NCBI GenBank assembly: GCA_023213395.1 | Contig: CM041465.1 | Coordinates: 147,319,741 to 147,383,740 of the forward strand | Length of the DNA stretch: 64,000 nucleotides | Source of the DNA: Cycas panzhihuaensis | Lineage: Eukaryota > Plantae > Cycadophyta | Reading direction: 5' to 3' | Shown: in pieces, positions 40,966 to 54,886 of the stretch | How positions within the stretch are numbered: the stretch's first letter is position 1 | How the letters are laid out: every line of letters starts with the position of its first letter | Notes under the pieces: model-generated | What the model was told of the DNA's origin: nothing | Seen by the model: the letters and a program-made list of their open reading frames with translations, nothing else | Databases searched by the model: none | Made by a program: the position numbers and the translations under genes

Positions 40966-42316
40966 GGCCACTTATTCTCTTATTTAGATAATAGTATAAA
41001 CTGATGGATGTGTCAAATTGAGAGGAACTTGAAGACCTTTTGGTTTTGACATGGTACTAATAGCTCATCGGTAGACAAAGTTGGGCACAGTTAGAAATCT
41101 AGTGGGCATTGAGGCAATTGGATTTGAATCCCAATAGTTTCTTCTTGTTTGAATGGGCAAAATGTGTCAACTAGTTACAAAATGTTTAGAGTTATGAATA
41201 ATTATATAAAGCTATTGATATTGTAAAGTGTTAATTGTTGTAATTTTTGTCAGTTGGTAAGCCAATACTACCATTGGAAGTTTGTCCAAGTATAAAGGGC
41301 AAGGGACATAAGCGTAGAATCTTAGTGGTCTAGAATAAGACATTATTTCACTATTTGTCAAGAGTTGGTAGAAATTGAGTAATTAAATAGTTACGATGTT
41401 GGGCACTTGATATAGTAACATATGTGACTGCTACATTGAAATTGCATGATAACACATAGGGAAGACTTGTTAAGGTGTGTGAACCAATAACGAAGCCAAG
41501 GATGATTACAATGTGGCTACAATGGATAAAATTTGTGAGTGGTATGATTAACTTGGTTAGTAATTGGACAAAAAAGACAAGTACTTATTTCTTCTTGTTT
41601 CCTTTATATAATCGGCATCGAGGCAAAATTTTGCTCACCTATTTTAGTTTTTGGTATAAAAAATAAAAAGAAGGTTTATATTATGTAATCATTTAAAAAG
41701 TGGTTGGCAAGATTATTTAATCTTAGTGATGTAGGGGGTGTACCAAGGGCCAAAGATGAATTGGGAAGAGGAAAAAGAGGTGGTAACAATTATGCTAACT
41801 CCTTTAGGGTGTGCTAAATGTTGAAAGGTATAATTACGTCATATAAAACTTTGTTATATGAATGGTATGCATTGCTTGGTTTCTGCATGGGCATTTATGT
41901 TGTAGGATGTGCAACAAGAACAATCAGTGGGAAGTTCAAAAAGGGTACAACATGCAAGAACTCCATTGAAAGATGAACAAGAGACTGACAAAGACTTAGA
42001 TTGTAATCCAACAAGGAGTTGATTGGGGTTGATTATATAGGAACAATTAAATTTCGAATGAATCAAGTTTAACACGAATTGACTAATATGTAGAGATGAA
42101 TGGTTGCTTCCAGCTAAAGGTTCTAGTTTTTTGTTTGAGCAAAGTCACAAATTGACTTGTGATTAGTTACATGGGTTGTTGTGTACGAAAGCATGAATGG
42201 TATTTATTGCAATGCAGAGATGGAGAAAGTATATAGCTAGTAGGTGTACTGAACACATAACATGTACACCATGATCGAAGCTTTCTTAGCATTGAGGGCA
42301 ATGCATATTGGAGGAT

Positions 42317-43400
42317 GTGACAACCCTTCAAGGTTGCATGCTAATTTCACAAACAATTAGCAATAGAAAATACTCTAATTCTACTAATTATCAAATATTG
42401 CAAGTAGTAGGATACTAGTAGATATTCTTAATTACTTTGAAAAAAAGAACAAAGACTAAAACAATGACCAGTATGGCAACACACAAAGATCTTGAAATAA
42501 ATATGATAATTTATGATATGATTAAACAATATTCAATAATACAACTTATCATTATTACAAAGCATTCCATAAGATGGTATGATGCTTGATACAGATCTGT
42601 TCCTTTTCGAGGCAAGGGAGCCTCCATAAATAGCCTCCTTCCAAGGTTGCCCTTTTCCAAATGATCCATTCGCTCCTCATATATGGTTGCTTAGCCAAAT
42701 TATTAATTATTTTAGACTAAGGTTGTCCTTAAAATAACTCATATTCTAAGGTGCATTAATTTGTATTTATTACGACAATCTCAAGCTGGCATAACTTTCT
42801 TATATATTATTTGTTTAGGGAACACAATCACTTATTTTTAAGATAATCATAAGTTTTACACCATGGTCCATGTTTTGAAACTTGATTCCATTTATTTAAG
42901 ACCCTAATTGAAAATTAATTGATTTTCTCTCATTTTAATGCATGCAATAATTCCCCACCTCTTAACATATTTTTCCCTCAAAGCATAGATAATAATGGAT
43001 GTTTTTGCCTCCACAGTTTGCTCTCCCATGTTCTGTCTTCTTCTTTAGTACCATTCTATTTAATTAGATATTCATTGACTTGTTTATTTTGTAGTTGTTT
43101 TGAGTGGATTTAGAGAATAATTTCTATCTCTAAGACTAGTCCTCATGTTGCATCCAATGTTGGTAATTTGACCATGGGGCCACCTTTTTGCTTATCTTGT
43201 TTTCTAAGCATAATACATAGAAAACATTGTGAATTTCATTCATCGGTAAATTGAGCTTATGTGCAACTTCACCTAACCTCTTTTGAACTTGGAAGGGTTC
43301 GTAGAATTTGGGTTGGAGCTTCTCCATATCGTTCTTCTTTATTGAAACTTGTTTGCATGGCTAAAGTCTTAGATATACTTACTCATATTATTCAAAATCT
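42317..43400 (-). mobile_element. Gypsy 3' remnant (integrase C-terminus, chromodomain relic, probable LTR)
   Basis: EKLQPKFYEPFQVQKRLGEVAHKLNLP..IHNVFYV; YLIKWY near 43050; PPT-like ttccccacctc at ~42951. LTR limits are uncertain. Confidence 0.7.
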
Positions 43401-43960
43401 CTCTCAGTTCAGAGGTCAAGATCTAGGGTGGGCGGTGGAGTGAACGAGGGAATAACTGTAGACTGTGAAAGCAACATTAAGTCAAAGCAATCATGGTGTT
43501 ATATCCTTGACCTTTTTTGCAATTAGTGGCCTTATCTATGTCTCTTCACCATAAGTTTAGGTTAATGGGTTTGTTCTTTATCAAACCGAGAACTATCATG
43601 GCTATGTAAGGAGATGATCGATGCTTATATATAAAGGCGATTGGGCAATAGAGACCTAAAGGTGCTAAGTTTAGCCTATTTTACTCATAGAAGGGAGAAG
43701 GCATCCAGGAAAGCTTAGAAGTTCATTTTGAGGAGTTCTCTCTTCCTATTATGTCTTCAAATCAAAATGTAATTAGTAAGCTGATGTCTAATGTTCACTT
43801 TCGTACTTTAATTGTTTACTTTGTGGATTGCCCTCCTCTAGAGGCTAGTTTGAGGTAATGGGTTTGAGAGTCCTTAGAGGTCCTTTATTAGAAAGTGAGC
43901 TCCATTAGAAATTTGTCCAAGGGTTTCTTCTTATTTATTTTTAAGTCTCTTGAGACCTAT
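43400..43960 (+). pseudogene. L1 LINE 5' fragment (ORF1 DUF4283-like)
   Basis: LIVYFVDCPPLEASLR*WV*ESL...KVSSIRNLSKGFFLFIFKS at ~43808-43950. Confidence 0.65.
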
Positions 43961-45587
43961 GTTGTTATGAGCATACTCTTCCCTAGGGACTTTCCTTAAC
44001 GTTTTATAATTAAATAAAGATTTTAAGTTAGTTACTTATCAAACATTTTATTAAGGAACGTTAAATTCATGAATTGGTTTGGAATGAGAGTTTCTACACA
44101 ATATAACCCACCATGAGGCATTCTCATATGCGTTGCCCCTAACCTAACCTAGAACCGTGCCTTTGCATATTCTCCTTCTATAATGCCTTTTATAATGTGG
44201 TGCTTTTATGCACTAACTATATGAATGGTGTCTAGGTATCATTTTTGGACACAGATACAATCTTGACAAATGATGATTGTTTTCCTCATGTGCCTTGAAA
44301 CCATACGATGCCATTTTTCTACTCATGGGTCCTTTCAATAAATAAAAAATATGTTTAAGTAATCTTCCATCTGGCATAGAGGAGTTAAGTATTAAATAGC
44401 AGTTTCAATAGATTTGGACACATGGAAAGCACTTATGTTATGTGGTTTTAGTCTAAGATAACTTATAGCTAATGTTACCATATAAAACACTTTTTAGGGG
44501 GATAATTGGTTATCAAGTTTAGAGACATTTGTTTCAAGGGTGCTTTTTCCTCCTTGAACCCATTCAAATGAGTGTGGTCTGTAATGTAAATTCTTCATCC
44601 TCTCTAGACCACTTACCACAAGATTTAAGCAAGTCAAATTTAGTTAATATTCACCCTAGCTTCCAGTTATATCTTGGCCAAGAAACTCATTCCTTCCCAA
44701 GAGAGTTTACCCATGTCATGGTGACAAATACCCATGTGACCACTTAGTGAAACACGCTTGTGGACTACTACTTCCAAATACTAAATGGATTTTGTGACTT
44801 CAAGCACTCAATGCACTTGACTATTTACGTACCACTTGGAGTAGTTGGGTCCATATTATGATTTAACGTTTTAAGTTTGGGGTTAGAATTCATTATTGTG
44901 TTGTTGAAATAACAATTTACATCACATCCCTATCAAACATAAAACCATGGTAATAAATGTAATTTGCAAGTACATCATAACTTGCATATCAATCACTTGC
45001 ATTCAATCATCATCATTTATAGCAAGTGAAATTAAAGTATATCATCCCATTATTTTGTAGCATGATTTAAGCCATAAGAAGATAAATTCCTACTACATAC
45101 TACTAGAAACACATTATTGGATTTAGCATTTATTAACATATTATTGCTAGTCATCATTAATAGGTAACATAATATACATTCAAGATACAACATCTAACAT
45201 CTTTATTAGAAAACACCAAATTGATAGACAAGATGCCAGAATCGTTTATGTACACAAAAGACTTGAATAGAACAAGCACACGGGACAAACATATTTGACA
45301 TGGGAACCCTTTTGAGAAAAACCCACCATAGATTATGTTATTATATTTTTACAAATCTGAGTGTTTTTTTTTCTTTTGGTGTCATTTAACTAAATGAGGG
45401 GATTAAAAGGGGAACCTGACCCCTTTACAAAATCTGCCAAGATGGCCTCTCATATATGCCATGACAAGCCCACGGCTTAGCTCCATAGTATACACCCAAA
45501 CCTAATTTACCTACTAGCCCTCCCCCGCCACAACAAGCCCAATGGCTAACTCTATAAGACAAAACTCTGCCACGACAAGCCCAATGG

Positions 45588-48500
45588 CTAGCTCTGAGAA
45601 CTTGCTAAAATGCTGCCCTCTAGATCTTTCCTAACCAGACCCATAACCTCCTTAAGAATCATATCCCTCCAGGCCTCATTTCTTCTAAACCAGACCCCCC
45701 AGTTAGCTAGGCTATCAACAACTCTATTTCCTTCCCTGTATGTATGGACCACCTGAACATTATCTCTCCTTTGCATAGACTCCCTCGCATCATTTACCAT
45801 AGCACTATACTTATGATCTGACTCTACTTCACCTCTAATTAATTTGGTTGCATTCAATGAATCCACTTCCAGAATTACTCTAGAAAGCCCCTCTTTGGCT
45901 ATCATATCTAGGACTTTACACATCGCCTTTAACTTAGCATGGTGATTGGTTTAAGCCTTATAATATTCGACAAAAGGCCAAATCACGTTCCCTCCGGCAT
46001 CTCTGTAAACCCCACCACCCCCTGCCTCACCAGAATTACCTTTCGATGCACCATCAAAATTGATTTTGACTCATCCTTCTAGGGGAGGGCCCCATTTGCA
46101 CTGCCTTATCGATCTCATGTTAATATTTGGGTTCCTAATCCCCCATTTTCCAAGGTCTTCCTTTCCTTAGAGGAAATGAAGTTATCTTCCTTTTCCTTCA
46201 AAGTCTCTCTTAACCCTGTAAGAATCATCCCAAAAAGTTTTGATTCTCCTAACTATTTTTCTTGAAAAATCCTTCTATTACTCTCTTTCCAGAGGTTCCA
46301 CGTTATCATGGGAAGAAATGTGAACCACAGAAATCTCAAAGATCTATGCCTGAATGGGCATAGCCAAGAAGAGGTTGTTTCCTTCACTGTACCTGGAAGG
46401 ACCCATTCAACTCTAAAGATATTCCATGCTAGCTTCCACACTTCCCTTGAGTAAGAGCAATGTAACACAACGTGATACAGGGATTCCTTCTCTTCCCGGC
46501 ACAGAATGCATCTGTTCACCAGCGAGAACCCCCTTTTTCTTAAGTTGTCTAGAGTTAAAATTTTATTCTTAAGGCAAAGCCACCAAAAGATGGCAACCTT
46601 AGGAGTTAACCCCATTTTCCAAACTCCCCCTAACATCTTATCTTCTGTTACATCTTTTTCCATAATTTGAAACAAGTATCCAGTCTTTACCGAATACTCC
46701 CTAGAAGGGAAAGTAGGCCAAATCAGGGAGTCCCCTTTAGGAAATCTAGGGATATAGATTTTGGCAAGCTCACTCATGAGGGCCTCAGTGTGGTTCCCTC
46801 TAGTGAGCTTAGGAGGGATATCTTCAAAATGTCTCCAATTCTTAGAACCCCCCTATCCTCCCAATAATCCTTGACCTTTCTGCCATATAACTCCTCACAG
46901 ATACTTTGTAAGGGGTTATAGATTGGTCTCTTATTTAGTTGAGGTTGGCCACACCAAACATCCTCCCAAAAATTAATTGATTTCCCATCCCCCAGTCTCC
47001 ATTGCACTCATGATGCAAGCATCTTCCTCGCGAAGCATAAACTTCTCCAGATCGTAGAGCCTAGCTTTCTGGATATGTTGTCCTTCAAGTACTATTTGCC
47101 CCTGAGGTATTTTTGAGCAACAATTTTGCACCAAGATCTCTTGTCCACCTTGAACAAACTCCAACCCAACTTAGCCACCACGACCCTATTGAAACTGGCT
47201 AAGTCTTTGACATTCAACCCACCTACCCATTTAGAGAGGCAAACTTTTTCCTAGGACACTAGGTGGATTCTATCTCTTTCCTCCACCCTAGACCACAAAA
47301 ATCTCTTCTGAATAGACTCAAGGACATTGATGACCTTTATGGGGCATTTGAACAAAGACTCTAGATTCTCTCCATAGTATTCAGGGAGAATATGCTACTC
47401 TTATTTAGATTTATCTTCTGATTCATCGTTGCCTCAAACCTTTTGAGCTCATCCTTAATAGCTCTGGCTTCCTTAATGGAAGCTCTACCCATCAAAATGT
47501 TATCGTCCACAAAATGGCTGCGGACTACATTCTCCACTCCCAAGGTGGGCTTTAGGCTTATAATCCTCCTCGTCTTTCTGGCCTCCTCCAAAGACCTGCC
47601 CAACAAATCATCCATAATGATGAATAGGTATGGGCTAGGGGGATCCCCTTGCCTCAGGCCTCTAAACCCTGGGAAGAAAGCAGACGAGGTTCTATTGACT
47701 GTCACAGAGAACTTCAGCTTTGAGATACAATTGTTTATCTATTTCTCCCAACAATCTCCAAAGTTGAACGCTCTGATGCATTCCATCAAGCATTCCCATG
47801 AAACCCTATCATAAGCCTTAGAGAGGTCAATTTTACAATCATTCCTGCCTCTTTCTTCTGCGAGGTCGAATGGACAGTTTCATGAACTATGATGATTCTA
47901 TCCAGGATCTGCTTGCCCTTAACAAATACTTCATATTACATAGGCTAATGGGCCTGAAGTCCTCCATCCTTCTCGCATCTCCTGTCTTTGGAATTAAGAC
48001 CAAGAAGGTGGCATGCCATTCCCTATGAATCTTACTGTTCTCATAGAATTCCCTGATAGCCTCTAAAAGATCTTCCTTGATAATATCCCAATATTCCTAG
48101 AAAAAACCAAGAGGGAATCTGTCTGGCCCCAGGGCTTTCTCCCTCTTCATGCCAAACGTAACATTTCTGACCTCTTCTATTGAAAAGGGAGCCTCTAAGG
48201 CTCTGTTCATAATTTCTCCCACTTTCTTGGGAATCATAACCATCAGGTCTCTTCTAGCCTCCTCGTCCATACACCCTGGTTCGTTATATAAATCCTTAAA
48301 ATATTGCACTGCCACTTCCTTCATGGCTCTCTACTCCAATACATCCTCACCATCTTTATTTACCAGAACCTTTATCTGGTTACAAGTCCTGTGCTTCAGG
48401 GTTGTCATATGAAAAAATTTCGTGTTTCTATCCCCCTCTGCTAACCACAGGGCCCTAGATTTTTGCCTCCAATGGATTTCCTCTTTTAACAGAAGACCTT

Positions 48501-49520
48501 CTAGGTTGGAGAGAAGGCTCCTCTCTTGTTGATCCAAAAGTTAAGACCTCACTTACTCCTGAATTTTCACCTCCATCACCTTAAGCTCCTCTAAAATATG
48601 GTTCTTTATCACAAAGATGTTCCCATGGGAGTTTTTATTCCAGTATTTTACCTAGTGTTTCACCTAATTTAGTTTTCTGGAGAACCTCAGCATTACACAG
48701 CCTTCCACTGAAGTCTTCCACCAATCTTCAATCAACTCACGAAGGCCTGGATCTTTTGTCGACATTAGCTCAAAGCGAAAGGGGGGCCCCATATGCCTCT
48801 TATTATTAGTAAAACCCATCACCAAAAGCACCAAAGGTGAGTGATCCGAGACCGGCTTTGGCAGGGCTTCCAATGCAATGTTGTTATTCTGACTAGCCCA
48901 GACATAGTTTATTAGGACTCTATCAAGTTTGACTTAGATATGATGGCCTCCCAACCTCCTGTTGGACCAAGTAAACTTGGGACCTCTAAGAGAGACGTCC
49001 ATCATACCCCCTTCTACATGAACTCACCCAAATCTGCCATGCTTTTAGTCCATCCCCCCTGGCCTCCTTTCTTTACATCGGGGGACAAGTCTGTGTTAAA
49101 ATCACCAGCTATTAGCCAAGGGCCACTCCACTCTTTATGAGGCTCCAACAACCTGTCCCACAAACATTTACTCCCTCCCTGCATTAGGGGAGCATACACA
49201 TTCAAAATCAACCATTTAAGATTTGATTTTCTACAGGTCACCCAGTAGGAGATGAAATGGTTCTCAAAAAGACATACCTCTCCATCCCAGTCTCTAAGAT
49301 TCCACATGATAGCAACACTGCTTGAGCCCCTACGCCCATTTGATGCAATCATCTCAGCCCCCCTCCACACTTTGCTCTTGATTTTATCTTTGTTCTCAAC
49401 TTCTAATTTGGTCTCCTGAAGTAGGAGGATATCCAGATCTAAATGAGAGTGAAGCTCTCTAACCATTCTGTATTTTGACGGGGCGTTTATGCTCTAAATG
49501 TTCCAGGAAGCGAGTTTCAT
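45588..49520 (-). pseudogene. L1 ORF2: AP endonuclease, reverse transcriptase, zf-RVT, RNase H
   Basis: MKLASWN; LLLQETK; WLIAGDFN; SDHSP; EGDRNTKFFH; GLRQGDP; HFVDD; LTLDNLRKRG..RCILC..ESLYH; KINFDGASKGNSG; LEVDS; HTYREGNRVVD. Multiple stops and frameshifts. Confidence 0.96.
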
Positions 49521-50905
49521 GTTTGCATCACTTCCTACACCCGCCAACCTCATCATCTCTTGCTTCGTAGTTTGGGACTCTGCCCTCCTCCGTCCCTTAG
49601 GGTTCTCTGATTATCTTGGTCTATCTGTAGGGTTGCCTCCCTTTCTTGCAATACCTTGTGTGAGGGCCTCCCAGGCCTCTTTTCGCTTCCAAAATTTGGT
49701 CTTTTCCCTTGTTCTAGCTCTTTAGAACCCTCTTGGGTCCCTTTCCCCCTGATTTTCCAAACCCTCTCTGGTCTCCCTTGCTCCTCTTGTCCAATTGGGA
49801 GAACTAGCTCTTCAGTTTGGGAAACCTCCTTTTCCCCAGGTAGAGTCTCCTTTACCACATTGGGATACAGGATCTCATTCGATTGATTCTAGATGGGGAC
49901 TGTGGGGGAGCACACCCTGACTCCCTCCCTATCTTCTGCCTCCCCTTCTTCCAAAAGGGCATCTTCTTCCTCCAAATTCAGCTCCTGTCCAGCTTTGATT
50001 AGATCATCTTCACTCCTCTTCATCTCTTTCGTTGTTTTCGAAGGTTCACTCTGGTTATCTTTTCCCACTTCCTTCTCTTCCTCACAGGGAACTTGAGGCT
50101 CTTTCTTTGGTTCTCTAGGGCACTTTAGGGGTATGTGACCCAGTCGCTTGCACTTTAAACATCTTACGTTTTCATGTTTATCGATTAGTTTCTGGTCTTT
50201 GTACCATCCTACTCCCTCAATTTTCACTTGATCGGGGAGGGGTTTATCCGTTCTAGCTAGAACACAGAGTCTAGCGTTCACTAGCCTGCTCTTGTTCTTA
50301 GTGGTTGAATCAACCACTAGGAGAGGACCTGTGACCTTAGCAACCCCTTTTATAACATCCAAGTCCCAAGCTTGTAATGTAAATCCTGGTAATTAGACCT
50401 AAATAGGGATTTGCTTAACGAAACCCTCAACCGAATCGAAGTCCAGATGCCACTTTTCCATAAGAACCACTTTCCTCCCCATTATCTAGGATGATTTCAA
50501 TAAGACACTAACCGTGCCTTCTTTAAACATAAATTTGAAAAGTACACACCCTCTTGGAAGTGCAATGACCTCCACTGGGCCTTTTAATTTCCATCTTTGT
50601 CCAACCCATTTTCTTATGGGGTCCACTCTAAGTCTAGGGCCTAAAAATTTCCCAACTAAAAAATTCTCCCAATGTTTCTCCATTCGATCCAAGAGTCTCT
50701 TAGGAACTAGGATTCTAATTGAGTCCTCATTTATAGTAGGATTTATTTCAAATGTTTTTACTTCTTCATTTCTTTGAGCCTCTAAATATGATTTACCATT
50801 GGTCAGTAAGTGGGTTTAGTTAGGGTTTAAAATTTGATTGTGAGGTTGGTTTTGTATTAAATCCTTATTTTTATCCATGTTCAAAAAATAGGAACCTTCT
50901 TCCAT
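49521..50905 (-). pseudogene. L1 ORF1 (DUF4283 plus CX2CX4HX4C knuckle)
   Basis: WENFLVGKFLGPRL..WKLKGPVEVIALPRGCVLFKF; CLKCKRLGHIPLKC. Confidence 0.92.
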
Positions 50906-53900
50906 TGTTCTAAAGACAACAAAAAAATGCTTTATGAATAACTTCTATCAGTCTGGGTTCAAAATGAAGACCTCACCCGTCTTAACATGAGAGTACTAAA
51001 TCTTTAGTCCTCTTGCTTTTGCTTCCACTAAAATAGGAATAGAAACCCTCCCACTCTAAAGCAAGCAGTAACAATTTACTATATACACCTTTCCTGAGAT
51101 TCCTTTGTAAACTCTAATCCATCTAGATCTCCTCAAGAAAACTAGAGTGAAACCCTTAACCCACCAAGGAGAACGATCCTTTGATTCTACTCCTGTTGAA
51201 AGTACATCTGCGTCCCCTATTGGTCGAGAAAAAGTGCTCAACGCTACCAAACAACTCTCAAATGAAACATATTTTAGAAACCTTGAGAGCCAAGTCTCTT
51301 CTTCGGGCCATTTTGGAGGCATGGTCGTTCGCCTGAAGCTCAAAAATGCCTCTAGGTCCTCTCCCAATCGCTGTCATCACCTTCTGTGTCCAAACCCTAG
51401 TAGAACTAGCGAACCTCCTATCAGTATTATTAACATAATCTGAGTGTTCAATACAATGGACTTTGATCTATATTTATAGATTGTAAGTACCTCAAATAAC
51501 AATATTTAGGTTTACATCCATCAGCCCATAATATCACAATATTACATCAATATTATTTGCACAATATTTTACCACTTTTACATTAGTCAGTAAGTTGTTA
51601 TAATACCACTCTAACATCTCCTCTTAATGTAAATGTGGGGTCTTGAAATCTTTCCAGGGATTTGTCTATCTTTTTATTCTTGTCGATAGATCCCCCCTCA
51701 AGGATAAGCTCGTTGAATACCAATTGCATGAACATTGATGAAGTGATCTTCAGTAAGAACTTAATGAACACATCCTCAAGTTGATCTTCACTCAGACAAA
51801 ACTCAACCTGCATCTTCTCTGATCTGATTTGCTCTTAGATGTAATGGTGCTTTGCCCCATATGTGTGTGATTCTGTGGAAATGTCCCCAACAATCCTTAT
51901 AACCATACAACTCCTCTTGCATCGACACTTAGTCCATGATACTTGGCCTTTTTCCTTTGACTAAACTAAGAGGTTGAGCTACTTGAGCCATGTAGATCTC
52001 CTCTTCAAGTCTCTGTTAAGGAATGCTGACATCTTATTCTTTGATATGACTCCCAACTATATGTAGCTGCCAAAGTAAGGATCAATCAGACCGAAAACAA
52101 CATAGAGACTAGTGCAAATGTCTCTTCATACGTGATTTTTTCTTTCTGTTTGAAATCTTCCCAATAAGCTTTGCTAATTTGCAAACTAACTAGGTTCTTT
52201 GAGAGAGGTAAGGGATCCAAATCCCATATATCACTCCTCCTCCAATGCAACTTTCCATTGTGAATCACCACTCACTAGAATTGTGGGTGTCTATGACAAG
52301 TTTGATCCACATGTTGATCCTTGTTCTTCAATCATCCTCTAGGTCTTCAATCATCTCATTAGAGTTCTTAATGGTCCTCCTAGTCCACAATGAAACACGT
52401 GTTGTAATCCATGCCTCTTACAACGACTCCTTATCATCACTTCCATTAGGTCCTGCTTCTATCTCAAACACAATGTTAGGTACACAAAAACCTTTACACC
52501 TACTAAACCATGACTCAGAAAGGGAAGAAATGAAGGATAAAACTTATTTTTAGATGACACTTCAGCATGATACGTCATATACTCTTCAACTTTACATCTA
52601 GACTAATCACAATGCTTTTCCCCTACAAATCACACAATTTGTAAGATTTGTTTCAAACCCCTTACAAACATACTTCAAACTCTTGTGATCTTGCTGTTGC
52701 GATTTTCATCTAAGATGTGTGCACTTTAATGGATCTCAATATCCAATGGAAGGTTTCTGACCGGTCCAACACACAATGGGAGATGTACCATGAACAATCT
52801 CAATAGGTACCTATTAAACAGTTGTCACAATAGCTTCAACCAAAAAACATGGGAGGTAAACTCTTACCATGCACCAAACACCTTTACATCTGCATCACGG
52901 TACCGTGCAACAGAATTTTACGAGGGGTCTACGGGACAACCAACTCTCGTTTTATACTATGATAAAGGTAAAATTGATTTTAAAGCTTCTCATCATACAC
53001 CTTTCCATTCACACTTGAATTTCAATATAAACACACTATTGAATCTACATCAGAATTGTTCAAATATATACAAGCGTTGAACCAGCATTCGACAGGCTAT
53101 ATACCCTCATGCAAACATCAGTTCAACCACCCAAAGTATAATGGTCCACCACAAACCGATAACCACTTATATAAATAGGCCAATAAACAACAATTCTGAA
53201 TCACATTCACCTCATATATCTAATGTAAAAACACTGATATATATCAAATAAAACACCACTCTTTAATAAACAATCACACCCTTTTATAATATATGTGTGC
53301 AATGATCCATTACCACAACATAGTTTACTTGTCGTGTAGCTTAGTATTTTCGTAATTCATCCTTCTATCAATCAGTGAACATCTACACTATCATTGATAG
53401 CACACCCAACATGCCTTCTTATCAATTAGTGAATACCACTGCAATTGATAACAATCGTCCAACAAGCTCTCTCTTGTAACCACATGCAAGAAGAGCATAT
53501 CATCACCTCATATCGTTCACTTTGCCATGCCTCATATTTCTATTCAATATACAATTGCGATTGATCACTCAATCACCCCAGTGCACTTGCTTGAACAGAG
53601 AACCATCTCTCATCTAACGAAGTCAAAGGCAACTTAAGGTGACTAATATCAAAACGATCACTTAATATACTAAAAGCCTCAATTGATATCAATGATTAAA
53701 TAAAAAAATCATCAACCTTAATTGCAAAATAACTTCACATTAACGACAATCCAATTTGGGAAACTTCTACCGATCAATAATGTGTACTATGTCTGTGCTC
53801 CTATCTGTGCATGTTCCCCTTCTCTGTTTAGCCTCCGAAGTAACCACCAAGAGCAGCCCTCTATTACACGTGAAATCCTAGCTATTGTGCATAAGAAAGA

Positions 53901-54444
53901 AATCAATCCAAAAGGAGACATCGCCAATGGAAAGATTGGTTGAAGACTGTGTTATGTTATCCATTTGTTGAGATCCCTGTTTATGACTCATCAGTAGTCT
54001 GGGAAAAGAGGAGAGTCGACCTTGCAACAAACAACAGAACTTGAAGCTACTCTATTTCTTGGTCTGAGGCGGTTGTTAGCCAGAGGGTGCACTAGAGTCC
54101 TTGTTTTGGCATGTTTTCATACCAGATTGCAGACCTGAGTGAGCACAGTTGACTAAGATGTAAAGGACACCAACATCGCAAGGTGGGCTTAGGAATACTT
54201 TAGTTGTTTAGGTGGAGCCAGAGTCAGGTGGAGGCATAGATGCCTCTAAGTTGGAATCGCTAGGGCCAGAGGAAAGTTCATTGATTGTAAGGCAACTAGC
54301 ACTTGTCAAGAGACATTCCAGTGGAGTTAGATTGGATAGCTTAAAGTGGTTGAACTGAATTGCTCCCTGAAAGCAAGGTGATAAAATCCTCACTCTTAAA
54401 TATCTTTATTGTGGACTATTAGTCTGAAGCTAGTGCAGTACTCA

Positions 54445-54886
54445 ATGAACATTTCTCATCACATTAAATTGGTAAGTTTCTGATTTCAAGTACACAATAA
54501 GCAACTTGATTGTAAGGTTATCAAATTGGGTCATATTCATCTTCTATTAACAGAAGACAACTATTTAGAATGGTCAGAAAACATGAAGTCTTGGCTCATC
54601 TCCCTTGGATTATGGGAGATTGTTTTAGAAGGATACAATGATGCTTCACCAGAGCTGGAACAAAAGTACATATCTGCATTTCAATGGATTTCTGTCATGT
54701 CCACACAGGGAGGCTGCATAAAATACATTGATATTTTTTTACCTCACCCAAAATACTACTTGTAGGGCACACAAAACATGGAACTTCATAAAAGAGAAAT
54801 TTGATTCCAAGCTGACAAACCAACAACCAATGAATGAAGGTAAGGACATAAAAAATACAGCTAGTCAAAAGGAAGAAGTGTAGGTT
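54445..54886 (+). pseudogene. Copia Gag N-terminus (DUF4219-like), disrupted
   Basis: LTEDNYLEWSENMKSWLISLGLWEIVLEGY, then AHKTWNFIKEKF after a +1 slip in the T7 run at 54734-54740. Confidence 0.85.

Larger units (their letters stand above)
45366..51436 (-). mobile_element. Full-length plant L1-clade LINE, inactivated
   Basis: 12-bp TSD aatctgagtgtt at 45354-45365 and 51437-51448. Poly(A) remnant (plus T-run, 45366-45377). ORF1 and ORF2 domains in the canonical order. Confidence 0.97.
45222..53700 (-). mobile_element. Degenerate copia element whose 3' LTR (45222-45365 plus 51437-51616) is split by the LINE
   Basis: PPT plus tctcctcttaatgt from 51617. RH tail VEFCLSEDQLEDVFIK. RT QKEKITYEETFALV. 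The LTR shares gggaacc..gagaaaaacccaccata with 13631-13960. No 5' LTR found, so the distal limit is approximate. Confidence 0.75.

Noticed and set aside
46667-51443. Plus-strand ORFs over the LINE
   Set aside because: Antisense shadows of L1 ORF1, ORF2 and the 5' UTR.
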